A DNA stretch of 36,958 nucleotides, from IMG/VR virus record IMGVR_UViG_3300033463_000046. The stretch is one strand, 5' to 3'. A program made the translations under genes and the position numbers. The notes beneath the pieces were generated by a model, which searched no databases, had not been told where the DNA came from, and saw only the letters and a list, made by a program, of their open reading frames with translations. Source of the stretch: a virus (taxonomy: Duplodnaviria > Heunggongvirae > Uroviricota > Caudoviricetes). Numbering within the stretch: position 1 is the stretch's first letter; the number at the start of each line of letters is the position of its first letter. Below are positions 19,293 to 27,811 of the stretch, in pieces.

Positions 19293-19559
19293 ATGGAAAA
19301 AGAAGTTTTTGATAGACTTTTAAAAGAGTTTACTGAAGTAAACGAGAAGGCTAATAAGCTAAAAGATTTTATCTTAGATGAAGAGAAAATTAAGGCCGTA
19401 GATAACCTTAACAAAGATTTACTAATCGCACAGTTAAAGGCTATGGAGGCTTATCTTTCTATACTATCTATCCGCATTGGATTAAATGCTCCTCGTGAGA
19501 TGGTTGACGCTGTTAAACCTAAAGAAGAGCCTGCTGAAGAGGTAAAGGAAGGTGAGTAA
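19293..19559 (+). CDS. crAss001_48-like helical hairpin protein
   Basis: RL..E..E..EK..KL.DFI...L...DLLIAQLKAMEAYLSILSIRI pattern recalled from that family; ATG 19293 preferred over the TTG at 19269. Confidence 0.6.
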   Translation: MEKEVFDRLLKEFTEVNEKANKLKDFILDEEKIKAVDNLNKDLLIAQLKAMEAYLSILSIRIGLNAPREMVDAVKPKEEPAEEVKEGE

Positions 19560-20397
19560 GAAAGTAATTTTCACTGATAGGTCAAATGAACTATTAAATA
19601 GCTATCTCAAGGATATTTCTAAATATAAGATTTTAGAAGGTCCTGAGATAGCTAAACTTGTTTTAGAAGCACATGAAGGTAATGAAAGGTCTAAGAATAA
19701 GGTAGTTCAATCCAATCTTAGATTTGTAGTCACAATTGCCAAACAATTTCAACATCGTGGGATAGATCTAATGGATCTAATCGCAGCCGGTAATGAAGGA
19801 CTTATTAAAGCTGTAGATAAATTTGACCCTAGCAGAGGAGTTACTTTTCTCTCTTATGCTGTATGGTGGATTAAACAAGCCATATATAAAACTATCTATT
19901 GGAACGGAAGAGAAATCCGACTTCCAATGTCTCAGCAACTTCTTGTAAATCGTATTCTAGAAGCCACTAATCAATTCTTACAAAAGAATAATCGTAATCC
20001 TAGTTCCGAAGAAATTTCGGATATGACAGGAATACCTCGTGAACAAATTGATTATCTTGCTCAATTCTCTAATAAACTTGTCTCTGTTGATGATTTTATA
20101 GGAGGAGACGAAGATAATAGTCAAGTTTGTGATATAATCCCAGACGGTGAGCCTCCTCTTGAAGATGAGGTAAATAAGAAATATGTTGCAGAAGAAATTC
20201 AACATTATCTAGGTAAACTAACAATTAGGGAACATGATATATTAATGATGTATTTCGGATTTGGAATGGAACCTATTCCTCCAAGAACAATAGCTGCAAT
20301 GTATGGTGTAGGAACAGAAAGAATACGACAAATTAAGGAAGGAGCTTTAAATAAATTAGAACGTAGATTTGGTAATAAATTAAAAATGTTATGGTAG
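19552..20397 (+). CDS. sigma70-family RNA polymerase sigma factor (RpoD/RpoH-like, no region 1.1)
   Basis: Region 1.2 SYLKDI; region 2 NLRFVVTIAKQF...DLIAAGNEGLIKAVDKFDPSRG..FLSYAVWWIKQAI; region 4 HTH GVGTERIRQIKEGALNKL. Ends in TAG; TAA follows at 20404-20406. Confidence 0.92.
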   Translation: MSKKVIFTDRSNELLNSYLKDISKYKILEGPEIAKLVLEAHEGNERSKNKVVQSNLRFVVTIAKQFQHRGIDLMDLIAAGNEGLIKAVDKFDPSRGVTFLSYAVWWIKQAIYKTIYWNGREIRLPMSQQLLVNRILEATNQFLQKNNRNPSSEEISDMTGIPREQIDYLAQFSNKLVSVDDFIGGDEDNSQVCDIIPDGEPPLEDEVNKKYVAEEIQHYLGKLTIREHDILMMYFGFGMEPIPPRTIAAMYGVGTERIRQIKEGALNKLERRFGNKLKMLW

Positions 20398-20990
20398 ACA
20401 ACATAAGTACAATTAGAAGTACTCTAGAATTTGATAATCCTGAGGAATTCTATTATATTTCAATTATGCAAAGAAATAAAGATGGTGTAAAAGTTGCTAG
20501 TTCTCACGACAATGCTCGGAGAATCCGAACTTTTTATGTCTTCTCACTTGAGGATTTTGATAAGATTACAGATTTCATTAGAGAAATTTGTGACAAAATT
20601 AATGCTCGTTGCTACATAGAATTAAATAGGAAGAATATTTTTCAGTGTCAACTAGAGTGTATAAAGAGACTTGCAGAATGTATAGAACATCGTACAACTA
20701 AGTCTCGTGCCATTATGGATTCAGTAGTAGCAGGTGCACCGTCTAGAGATAAACTCTGGATGATTGATGCTGATGATACTAGTCCTAGTAGTGATTTAAT
20801 TGAACATATCCTTCAAGATGTAGAGGATAGAAAAGGAAAACATTATGCTGTCATTCCTACCGTAAATGGTACACATATTATAACAAGTAGATTTGATCCA
20901 CGTGAGTGGCCATATGAAAATGCTGAGATAAAAAGAAACGCATTTACTCTACTTTACTATAATGATGAAACACTACATAGTAACTTATGA
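20391..20990 (+). CDS. putative AEP (primase-polymerase) superfamily protein
   Basis: WMIDADD (hhDhD) and IPTVNGTHII (S/TxxGxH-like) motifs. Confidence 0.45.
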   Translation: MVDNISTIRSTLEFDNPEEFYYISIMQRNKDGVKVASSHDNARRIRTFYVFSLEDFDKITDFIREICDKINARCYIELNRKNIFQCQLECIKRLAECIEHRTTKSRAIMDSVVAGAPSRDKLWMIDADDTSPSSDLIEHILQDVEDRKGKHYAVIPTVNGTHIITSRFDPREWPYENAEIKRNAFTLLYYNDETLHSNL

Positions 20991-21279
20991 CGGTAATTGG
21001 GCCGACGAATTTGATGTATATTTTCATACAGTAATGGATGAAAATGAACTCACCAAGTCTAAAGAATTAGTTAAGGAATGGGAACAAGACTGGTATGAAT
21101 TCGGATTTGGCACAAATGAAGACTTAGAAGTATCTAAGGAAGAAATATTAGAATGTCTCGAAAATGCTCGTGAATTAACTGAAGATGAATATGAAGTTTT
21201 ATCTCGATTAGGTTTACTCAATATTGGTTTTGGAGATAGGCTTAACTTTGATCGCATAATAGGTTATGATGAGGAATGA
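20962..21279 (+). CDS. acidic hypothetical protein (WADE/FGTNE paralog B)
   Basis: 105 aa; NWADEFDVYF and GFGTNE. Confidence 0.75.
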   Translation: MMKHYIVTYDGNWADEFDVYFHTVMDENELTKSKELVKEWEQDWYEFGFGTNEDLEVSKEEILECLENARELTEDEYEVLSRLGLLNIGFGDRLNFDRIIGYDEE

Positions 21280-23531
21280 TATATCTAGTAAGCAAGAATA
21301 AAACTTTATTCGGCTCTACCAGATATTCCGAAGTATCTTTCGATAAAGCTATGTTCGTTCTAGACCCTCTCAAGCTTCCACAATTGGATACTGAGACTAC
21401 GGGTCTAGATGAGCACACTAAGAAAATTCTCACTATTCAATTGGGTAATAAGGAGAATCAAGTTGTATTTGACTGGACTACTCTTACTCTGCATGAAAAA
21501 CGTAAGTTAAAGAAGTATCTAGAATCTGATGATAGAACATTCCTTGGATGGAACTTAATGTTTGATCTCCGATTCTTGTACTCTGTTGACATATGGCCAA
21601 AACATGTATGGGATGGTTATATTGGACAGAAACTCATATGGTTAGGTTATACAAGAGAAGACATAATTGGTATGTTTGTTGATCAAGGATTGGATACTAT
21701 ATATGCAGGATATTCCCTTAAAGCAGCCTGTCACAATTATTGTGATATAGACTTAGACAAGAGTGTTCGAGGTAAGATTATAAACGAAGGTCTTACTGAG
21801 GAAGTTGTTGTCTATGCTGCTGGAGATGTAATGTATATTGAAGACATTAAGAATGAAATGGACAAGATACTTGATGCTCAAGAACTTCAAACAGCAATGT
21901 TTGTTGAGTGTGAGTTTATTAAAGGTCTTGCTTATTTCCAGTATTGTGGAGTACTTCTCGATGTGAACAAATGGCAAGCTAAGATGGATAAAGACTTAGC
22001 TAACATGCGTGCAGCTGAAGAGAAGTTAAATGAGTGGGTTGTTGATTGGGAATCTAAACAGGATGAAGAGTATGAATTACGTTATCCTGAACTCGAAGAG
22101 GAAGGCAATGATGTAGCTATTGAAAAACTTATTAAAAAACTTCTTAAGCAAGGCTTTATAAGGTATCCAAAAGAGGATTTAGAGCGTGCTTGGAGTGATA
22201 AGAAAGTAGCTGCTTATAGGAGAAAAGTAGAAGGTAGTTATACCACTATTAATCTACAAGGTGATTTGTTCGAAGGCTTTGACACTAGACGTAAGTGTAA
22301 AGTGAATTGGAGAAGTCCAGACCAAGTCATTGGCCTATTTAAGAAGTTAGGAATTCAAACAGAGACTTTCGATAAGAAAACTAAAAAGAAGAAAGACTCT
22401 ATTGATAAGACTATTCTTAAACCTCAGAAAGATAAATTCCCAATCATTCCAATCTATCTTGATTATAGAAAGGCTGCTCAGGTCGTAAGTAATTTCGGAC
22501 AGAACTGGTTAGACGCTATTAACAAGGGTGATGGTAGAATTCATCCAGAATTAAATCCAATTGGTACTGATACTAGCAGAGTAAGTTCTGGAGGTGGTCA
22601 GTATGATTTAAATATTCAAAATATTCCTCATGATCCAGAAACAAGAGCTTGTTTCGTTTCTGCTCCAGGAAACGTCTGGATTAGCGCAGACTATCAGTCA
22701 CAAGAATCTCGCATTATTGCTTCTGTTGCAAATGATCCAGCTATGCTTGATCTATTTATTAATGGAAGTGGTGACGTTCATAGTCTAGTTGCTAAAATGT
22801 CTTATTCTCAAATTCCAAGAGATTTACCTGTAGAAGATGTCAAATCATTCTCTAAGGCAAGTGCTAAGGAAGGCGGATTAGATTATAGACAAGAAGCAAA
22901 AGGAATTGAGTTTGCTATTAATTATGGCGGAGATTTTAATACCATAGCTAATAACAAAGGTATACCACTTGAGGAGGCCAAGGAAATTTATGAAAATTTC
23001 ATGAAAGGTTTTCCAGGTGTTGCATCTTATCAAGAATATTGTCGTATGGCAGTTATGAGAGATGGATATGTTCTTATGAATCCTCAAACTCGTCATAGAG
23101 CACATATTCCAGAATTGCGTTTTATTAGGGAAATGCAAGAGAAGATGGATAATCCTGAATTCTGGGATTATTATCGAGAGATGAAGAGAGATGCTCCGGA
23201 AAGTGAAACAGTACGTAGTGTAAAGAAATATTTCATAATTAAATCTCAATGGGAAAAGAACTCCATTAATTATCGTATTCAGAATAGAGGTGCAATGTGT
23301 TTCAAGTTTGCGTCCATTAAGCTATTCAGATGGATATGTGAGAATAACTATCAGAATATAGTTAAGATGTGTGTTCCAGTTCATGATGAATTTAATCTTG
23401 AATGTCCTGCTGAAATGGCTGAAGAAGTTTCCAAGAAACTTATTGAGTGTATGGAAGAAGGTGCAAAACCATTCTGTAAGAGATTACACTTAGGAGCAGA
23501 CTGTGATATTAATGATCATTGGGTACATTAA
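21276..23531 (+). CDS. polA: family A DNA polymerase with 3'-5' exonuclease
   Basis: Exo I DTETTGLD; motif A SADYQSQESR; motif B RQEAKGIEFAINYG; motif C VHDEF; 751 aa, uninterrupted. Confidence 0.95.
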   Translation: MIYLVSKNKTLFGSTRYSEVSFDKAMFVLDPLKLPQLDTETTGLDEHTKKILTIQLGNKENQVVFDWTTLTLHEKRKLKKYLESDDRTFLGWNLMFDLRFLYSVDIWPKHVWDGYIGQKLIWLGYTREDIIGMFVDQGLDTIYAGYSLKAACHNYCDIDLDKSVRGKIINEGLTEEVVVYAAGDVMYIEDIKNEMDKILDAQELQTAMFVECEFIKGLAYFQYCGVLLDVNKWQAKMDKDLANMRAAEEKLNEWVVDWESKQDEEYELRYPELEEEGNDVAIEKLIKKLLKQGFIRYPKEDLERAWSDKKVAAYRRKVEGSYTTINLQGDLFEGFDTRRKCKVNWRSPDQVIGLFKKLGIQTETFDKKTKKKKDSIDKTILKPQKDKFPIIPIYLDYRKAAQVVSNFGQNWLDAINKGDGRIHPELNPIGTDTSRVSSGGGQYDLNIQNIPHDPETRACFVSAPGNVWISADYQSQESRIIASVANDPAMLDLFINGSGDVHSLVAKMSYSQIPRDLPVEDVKSFSKASAKEGGLDYRQEAKGIEFAINYGGDFNTIANNKGIPLEEAKEIYENFMKGFPGVASYQEYCRMAVMRDGYVLMNPQTRHRAHIPELRFIREMQEKMDNPEFWDYYREMKRDAPESETVRSVKKYFIIKSQWEKNSINYRIQNRGAMCFKFASIKLFRWICENNYQNIVKMCVPVHDEFNLECPAEMAEEVSKKLIECMEEGAKPFCKRLHLGADCDINDHWVH

Positions 23532-23920
23532 TGGAAACATTATTTGATAAGTTCGAAATTCCTGACCGCTATACTATTGGTGGTCAGGAATATAAAGTAA
23601 TAAAAAAGGAAACAGTAAGAGATAGTGATGATGATCCAGTATTTGGATTACATGATCCTGCACAAGCTACGGTTACCATTGCTGAAAAATTTCCTATTAC
23701 CGATTCTCTAAAACATACGTTTACTAAAGATCAGATGCTTAATAGTTTCTTCCATGAAATGTTTCATTCATTTAACTTTATGATGAACAATGAGCAGGAA
23801 GAAGTTATTGCGCAATCTTTCGCTAATTTTATGTGTGAATTTTTAAAAACAGCTAAGTATGATACTGGACATGCAGGGGAATCCGGTCCAGGATTCCGCC
23901 CCTTCGATCAAGAGGATTGA
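23531..23920 (+). CDS. small HExxH (zincin-like) metallopeptidase-domain protein
   Basis: FFHEMFHSF and a downstream EEVIAQ; ATG 23531 overlaps the polA TAA. Confidence 0.7.
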   Translation: METLFDKFEIPDRYTIGGQEYKVIKKETVRDSDDDPVFGLHDPAQATVTIAEKFPITDSLKHTFTKDQMLNSFFHEMFHSFNFMMNNEQEEVIAQSFANFMCEFLKTAKYDTGHAGESGPGFRPFDQED

Positions 23921-24038
23921 AATCGATATTAACCCTCTCTTAGAAACTGAGAGGTTAGAAGATTTTGTAAATAATTATCTGGTACCATTTATGCAACAAT
24001 TGCAGGTACCGGTTATTAAAGTGAATATCAATGAGTAA
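23859..24038 (+). CDS. small hypothetical protein (59 aa), missed by ORF track
   Basis: MILDMQGNPVQDSAPSIKRIEIDINPLLETERLEDFVNNYLVPFMQQLQVPVIKVNINE; fills the gap, overlaps the PNK start. Confidence 0.55.
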   Translation: MILDMQGNPVQDSAPSIKRIEIDINPLLETERLEDFVNNYLVPFMQQLQVPVIKVNINE

Positions 24039-24933
24039 ACTAATTATCTGCCGCGGAATACAAGGAAGCGGTAAAAGTACTTGGGCAAAAGCCTGGGCAA
24101 AGGAGGACCCGACTCATAGAGTCCGATTTAATTGGGACGATATGAGAATTATGATGGGAGAATATTGGGTTCCCGAAAGAGAAAATACAGGAATCTTAAG
24201 AACTCTTAGAGCATCTTTCTTAGACGATATGATGCATAAAGGTTGGGATATCTGTATTGATAATATGAACTTAAATCCAAAGGATTGGGAATTCTATGAA
24301 GGATTAGTCAAAGCGTATAATGCTGTTAATCCCGGAAAGGAGTATGAGGTTGAATATATGGATTTCTTCACTCCAGTAGAAGAATGTATCCGTAGAGATG
24401 CTATGAGACCTAATCCTATTGGAGAAGCAGTGATTCGTTCTACTTGGAAACGTTATCGTCATTTTATTATTTGTCAAGAAATTAAAGATAAATATGAAAG
24501 AATGAGAACTTATGATGCAACTAAAAAAGATTGTATTATAGCTGATATGGATTCAACTATATGTGTCAATCTCACAGGACGTCCTTTCTATACAGATGAT
24601 TGGGCAAGTAAGTGCATTTATGATACACCTCTTACTGGTCCAATCTCTATTCTCAGAGCTCATAAGATAACTGGTACTTGTGACATCATTATCTTAACTG
24701 GTAGAAGAGAAGAAGGGCGTGCTCAAACAGAAGAGTGGTTAAAGACATATAATGTGCCTTATGATAGACTCTTTATGAGAGGTGACGTTGATTATAGTAA
24801 GGGAGATCTATTTAAAGAGCAAATTCTTAAAGAGTTTATTCTTCCGAAATATAATGTTCTCTTTGCTTTAGATGATGATAACAAATGTGTTCAGATGTAT
24901 AGACGTAACGGTTTAATTTGTTTACAACCATGA
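24031..24933 (+). CDS. polynucleotide 5'-kinase / 3'-phosphatase (T4 PseT-like)
   Basis: P-loop RGIQGSGKSTWAK, IDNMN; HAD domain IADMDST, LTGR, LDDD. Confidence 0.9.
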   Translation: MSKLIICRGIQGSGKSTWAKAWAKEDPTHRVRFNWDDMRIMMGEYWVPERENTGILRTLRASFLDDMMHKGWDICIDNMNLNPKDWEFYEGLVKAYNAVNPGKEYEVEYMDFFTPVEECIRRDAMRPNPIGEAVIRSTWKRYRHFIICQEIKDKYERMRTYDATKKDCIIADMDSTICVNLTGRPFYTDDWASKCIYDTPLTGPISILRAHKITGTCDIIILTGRREEGRAQTEEWLKTYNVPYDRLFMRGDVDYSKGDLFKEQILKEFILPKYNVLFALDDDNKCVQMYRRNGLICLQP

Positions 24934-25172
24934 CAGTATCGATTGAAACCAGAAGTGGAATTTCTTTAAGAGCTAATAAAGAGCATTTTACTCTATACGA
25001 TAGTGAGATGGAGGAATGGGGTTGGCTTGATGGTGAACCTGAGGACTTCTATGACAGAGTTGATGACTATCTTAGAGATGTTCTTCCTGATGAGGGACAT
25101 CCAGATTGGACTTGGAAGAGTTCCGATTTAAAGAAAGCTTGTAAAGAAGTTTATAAAAGATTAAAAGGATGA
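24930..25172 (+). CDS. small acidic hypothetical protein
   Basis: ATG 24930 in ATGA overlap with PNK stop. Confidence 0.7.
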   Translation: MTVSIETRSGISLRANKEHFTLYDSEMEEWGWLDGEPEDFYDRVDDYLRDVLPDEGHPDWTWKSSDLKKACKEVYKRLKG

Positions 25173-25441
25173 TTCTACAAATATTAGATCTTATAGGCTG
25201 GTTCATGTGGGGACTGGCCTTACTTATGTATCTCGATTATCATAAAGAAATTAACAAAGAATTTAAAGTTCGTTTTAGATGGGCTTTACAAAACACTCGA
25301 GAGACATATTATGAAATGTTCTATCCTCATGGTTATTATCTTATGAAGAAAGTACCTGGAACGGACATTTATTATCAAAATCTGACGAAGCAAGACTATC
25401 GTCAGCAAACATATTATCATAGAAAAATGTTAAAGCGATGA
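25169..25441 (+). CDS. small protein with N-terminal hydrophobic (membrane) segment
   Basis: MILQILDLIGWFMWGLALLMYL followed by a basic tail. Confidence 0.65.
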   Translation: MILQILDLIGWFMWGLALLMYLDYHKEINKEFKVRFRWALQNTRETYYEMFYPHGYYLMKKVPGTDIYYQNLTKQDYRQQTYYHRKMLKR

Positions 25442-25704
25442 AATTTTACAAATTTTATGCGGATTGGTGTGGTCCTTGCAAGGTTCTTACTACCAATTTA
25501 AGAAGAGCTGGAGTTACGGATTATGAACCTATCGATGTTGATAAGGAAGAGAACGAACATTTAGTAGTTGCTTATAATATTCGTAATATTCCAGTATTTG
25601 TCGCCGTTAAAGAAGAGAACGGTGTTGAGAATGAAGTTGATAGATTTGTCGGAATTAAATCTCCTGACGCCATTAAACAATGGGTTGAAGCATTAAATGA
25701 ATAA
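25438..25704 (+). CDS. thioredoxin
   Basis: FYADWCGPCK, NIRNIPVFV. Confidence 0.92.
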   Translation: MKFYKFYADWCGPCKVLTTNLRRAGVTDYEPIDVDKEENEHLVVAYNIRNIPVFVAVKEENGVENEVDRFVGIKSPDAIKQWVEALNE

Positions 25705-25996
25705 TTATCCTCCTGGTGCAGCAAATGATCCAGATGCTCCTTACAATCAACCATTACCAGATACTCGTAGAGTATTAGTAAGTATGTGTATTAGTAAGGA
25801 ATTCGATATTGATGTTTTTAATAACGATGATAGAGAAGTAAACGAAGGAGATGTAAGATTAGTACATTTCTTACCTGATGATATTCTAGATCAGGTAGCA
25901 AAACCTAATTCAGAATTTCGTAAGTTAGTACTTGATCAAATGAAAAAAGATGCTGCAGATTGGACGGTCGATAACATTACTGTTATAGAATCATGA
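25697..25996 (+). CDS. hypothetical phage protein
   Basis: 99 aa, N-terminal YPPGAANDPDAPYNQP. Confidence 0.75.
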   Translation: MNNYPPGAANDPDAPYNQPLPDTRRVLVSMCISKEFDIDVFNNDDREVNEGDVRLVHFLPDDILDQVAKPNSEFRKLVLDQMKKDAADWTVDNITVIES

Positions 25997-27057
25997 AAAT
26001 ATTAACTTCACAAGCCTCTATTGTACCACAAGGTCCTGGTATTATAGGGGCTTTTAAACAAATTGAAAAAGTTGGAAGAGCCTGTTGGGCAAGTGAAAAC
26101 TTAATTACAGAAGACTCATATGAGAAATTTGTAGAAGGGTTAATGAGTAGGGAACATAATGCTCCTCTTGAGCATGGTACTCTATATTTAATCTACATAA
26201 TAGGCTCTCCAATATATGATCCCTACTATCTTGTACATACAGACGATGTACATAAGTTTAAGAGAAATCCTTATTCAAAGGTAGTAGAGAAAAAATTTGA
26301 TGTAGCTGCACAAGCTAAGGATTCCGAATGGATGCACTCATTTGTAGAGCAATATGGTCCATCTACTGCCTACTTTATAACAACTAATCTACGTGTTATT
26401 GTTGAAAACTTTACAAAAGAAGAAGTAGAGAAAGTATTAGATCATGCTGTTAATAATCCTTATAAGGAGCATATACGTCGAATAACAGTACACTTTACTT
26501 GCCAACGTGCTATTTCTGCGGAGTTTAACAGACACCGTAAAGATAGTATAATGGAGAGAAGTTCCCGTTATTGTAACTTTAGTAAAGATAAGTTCGGAAA
26601 CGAAATAGGGATAGTTCAAGCTGATTGGGTTCCTATTGAAGACATAGAAGAAAGAACATTTGAAGAATATTGTAAAGACATTGCTAATCATGAAGACCGG
26701 GATACTGATTTTAGATTAGTGAAATTTCCTTGGTCTAAATTTGATTATTGGGTATTCGCTAATCTTGCTTGTGAATATTCTTATATGAATCTTTTGCGGC
26801 TTGGTTGTAAACCCGAAGAAGCAAGAGATATTCTTCCTATGGATTTACAAACCGAACTTTATCATACTGCATTTATCGATGATTGGGAACACTTCTTCAA
26901 GTTACGTGCTTGGCAAAGTAAAGGTAATAAACCTCATCCTGAGGCTAAGAAGTTAGCTCGTCAAGTATTTGATAAGTTTGTAGAACTCGGATTAGTTTCC
27001 GAACAATTGAGAATAGACAATGAAATCGTGGATGAAGCTACAGTGGCTAAATCTTAA
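25993..27057 (+). CDS. thyX: FAD-dependent thymidylate synthase
   Basis: RHR-x7-SxR motif (RHRKDSIMERSSR), HNAPLEH, EARDILP, HFFKLR. Confidence 0.9.
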   Translation: MKILTSQASIVPQGPGIIGAFKQIEKVGRACWASENLITEDSYEKFVEGLMSREHNAPLEHGTLYLIYIIGSPIYDPYYLVHTDDVHKFKRNPYSKVVEKKFDVAAQAKDSEWMHSFVEQYGPSTAYFITTNLRVIVENFTKEEVEKVLDHAVNNPYKEHIRRITVHFTCQRAISAEFNRHRKDSIMERSSRYCNFSKDKFGNEIGIVQADWVPIEDIEERTFEEYCKDIANHEDRDTDFRLVKFPWSKFDYWVFANLACEYSYMNLLRLGCKPEEARDILPMDLQTELYHTAFIDDWEHFFKLRAWQSKGNKPHPEAKKLARQVFDKFVELGLVSEQLRIDNEIVDEATVAKS

Positions 27058-27092
27058 GATATTCTTTTTAAGACTTTGGTTAGGAGTATAAT

Positions 27093-27290
27093 ATGTGGTT
27101 AGTTAGAAATATAGATGGTGTATTGCTGTTATATCAGAATAAACCAACACGAGCAAAAGATGGTTGGTCAGGTGGTGGATTATGCTTCGTAATTGGAGAC
27201 TTCCCATTAGAGCATGTTCCATCATTTGCTGAACAACAACAATGGAAGGATGCTCCATTACAAGTTAAACTTTCAATGGTTAAAAAATGA
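27093..27290 (+). CDS. small hypothetical protein
   Basis: 65 aa, MWLVRNIDG.LLLY..KP.R; ATGA-coupled to next gene. Confidence 0.7.
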   Translation: MWLVRNIDGVLLLYQNKPTRAKDGWSGGGLCFVIGDFPLEHVPSFAEQQQWKDAPLQVKLSMVKK

Positions 27291-27811
27291 ACAGATTAAA
27301 TGAAAAGATTGTAGAAATCTTAAAACAGCATCCAGAAGGTGAAGACTTTTTCGATGCTTTAGATGCAATGGTACGTGGTGATATGGATATTCTAACATCT
27401 TTTATCGCATTTGCCTTTAATAAAATACTTGATCCATCTGATAGAACTCTGATTCTCACTGGCCAATTTGGTATTGCTATGATGAATATTTATAGTGATA
27501 GACTCAGAAGTACGTTTGGTGATGTTATTTTAATTAATGGTGGAATTCGTACTGGACAAGAACCTATTATTTATAGGGAATCTCTCCCGTATCCAAAATG
27601 TATAATGTTTGATGATTCTTTCTATTCTGGAACTACCAGAGATAAGATTGAAGATAAATTAAAACTAATACATTCTGAAGCTAAGATTACTGATACATTT
27701 GTGGTATATGATGGAGCAGTTGTTAAAGATGATAATGTATATAGTATGTTTCGTTATCATAAAGACCCCGTACCTGATATATCCGTAATATTTGATGACA
27801 CATCATTATGA
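27287..27811 (+). CDS. type I phosphoribosyltransferase-fold protein
   Basis: PRPP-binding motif CIMFDDSFYSGTT. Confidence 0.65.
   Translation: MNRLNEKIVEILKQHPEGEDFFDALDAMVRGDMDILTSFIAFAFNKILDPSDRTLILTGQFGIAMMNIYSDRLRSTFGDVILINGGIRTGQEPIIYRESLPYPKCIMFDDSFYSGTTRDKIEDKLKLIHSEAKITDTFVVYDGAVVKDDNVYSMFRYHKDPVPDISVIFDDTSL

Noticed and set aside
19173-19312. Possible promoter (TATCTTTA at 19201) and 20-aa ORF MVVDFYFEFSNVTNYGKRSF in the intergenic gap
   Set aside because: Imperfect -7 and -33 matches in very AT-rich DNA, and the ORF is too short to support.
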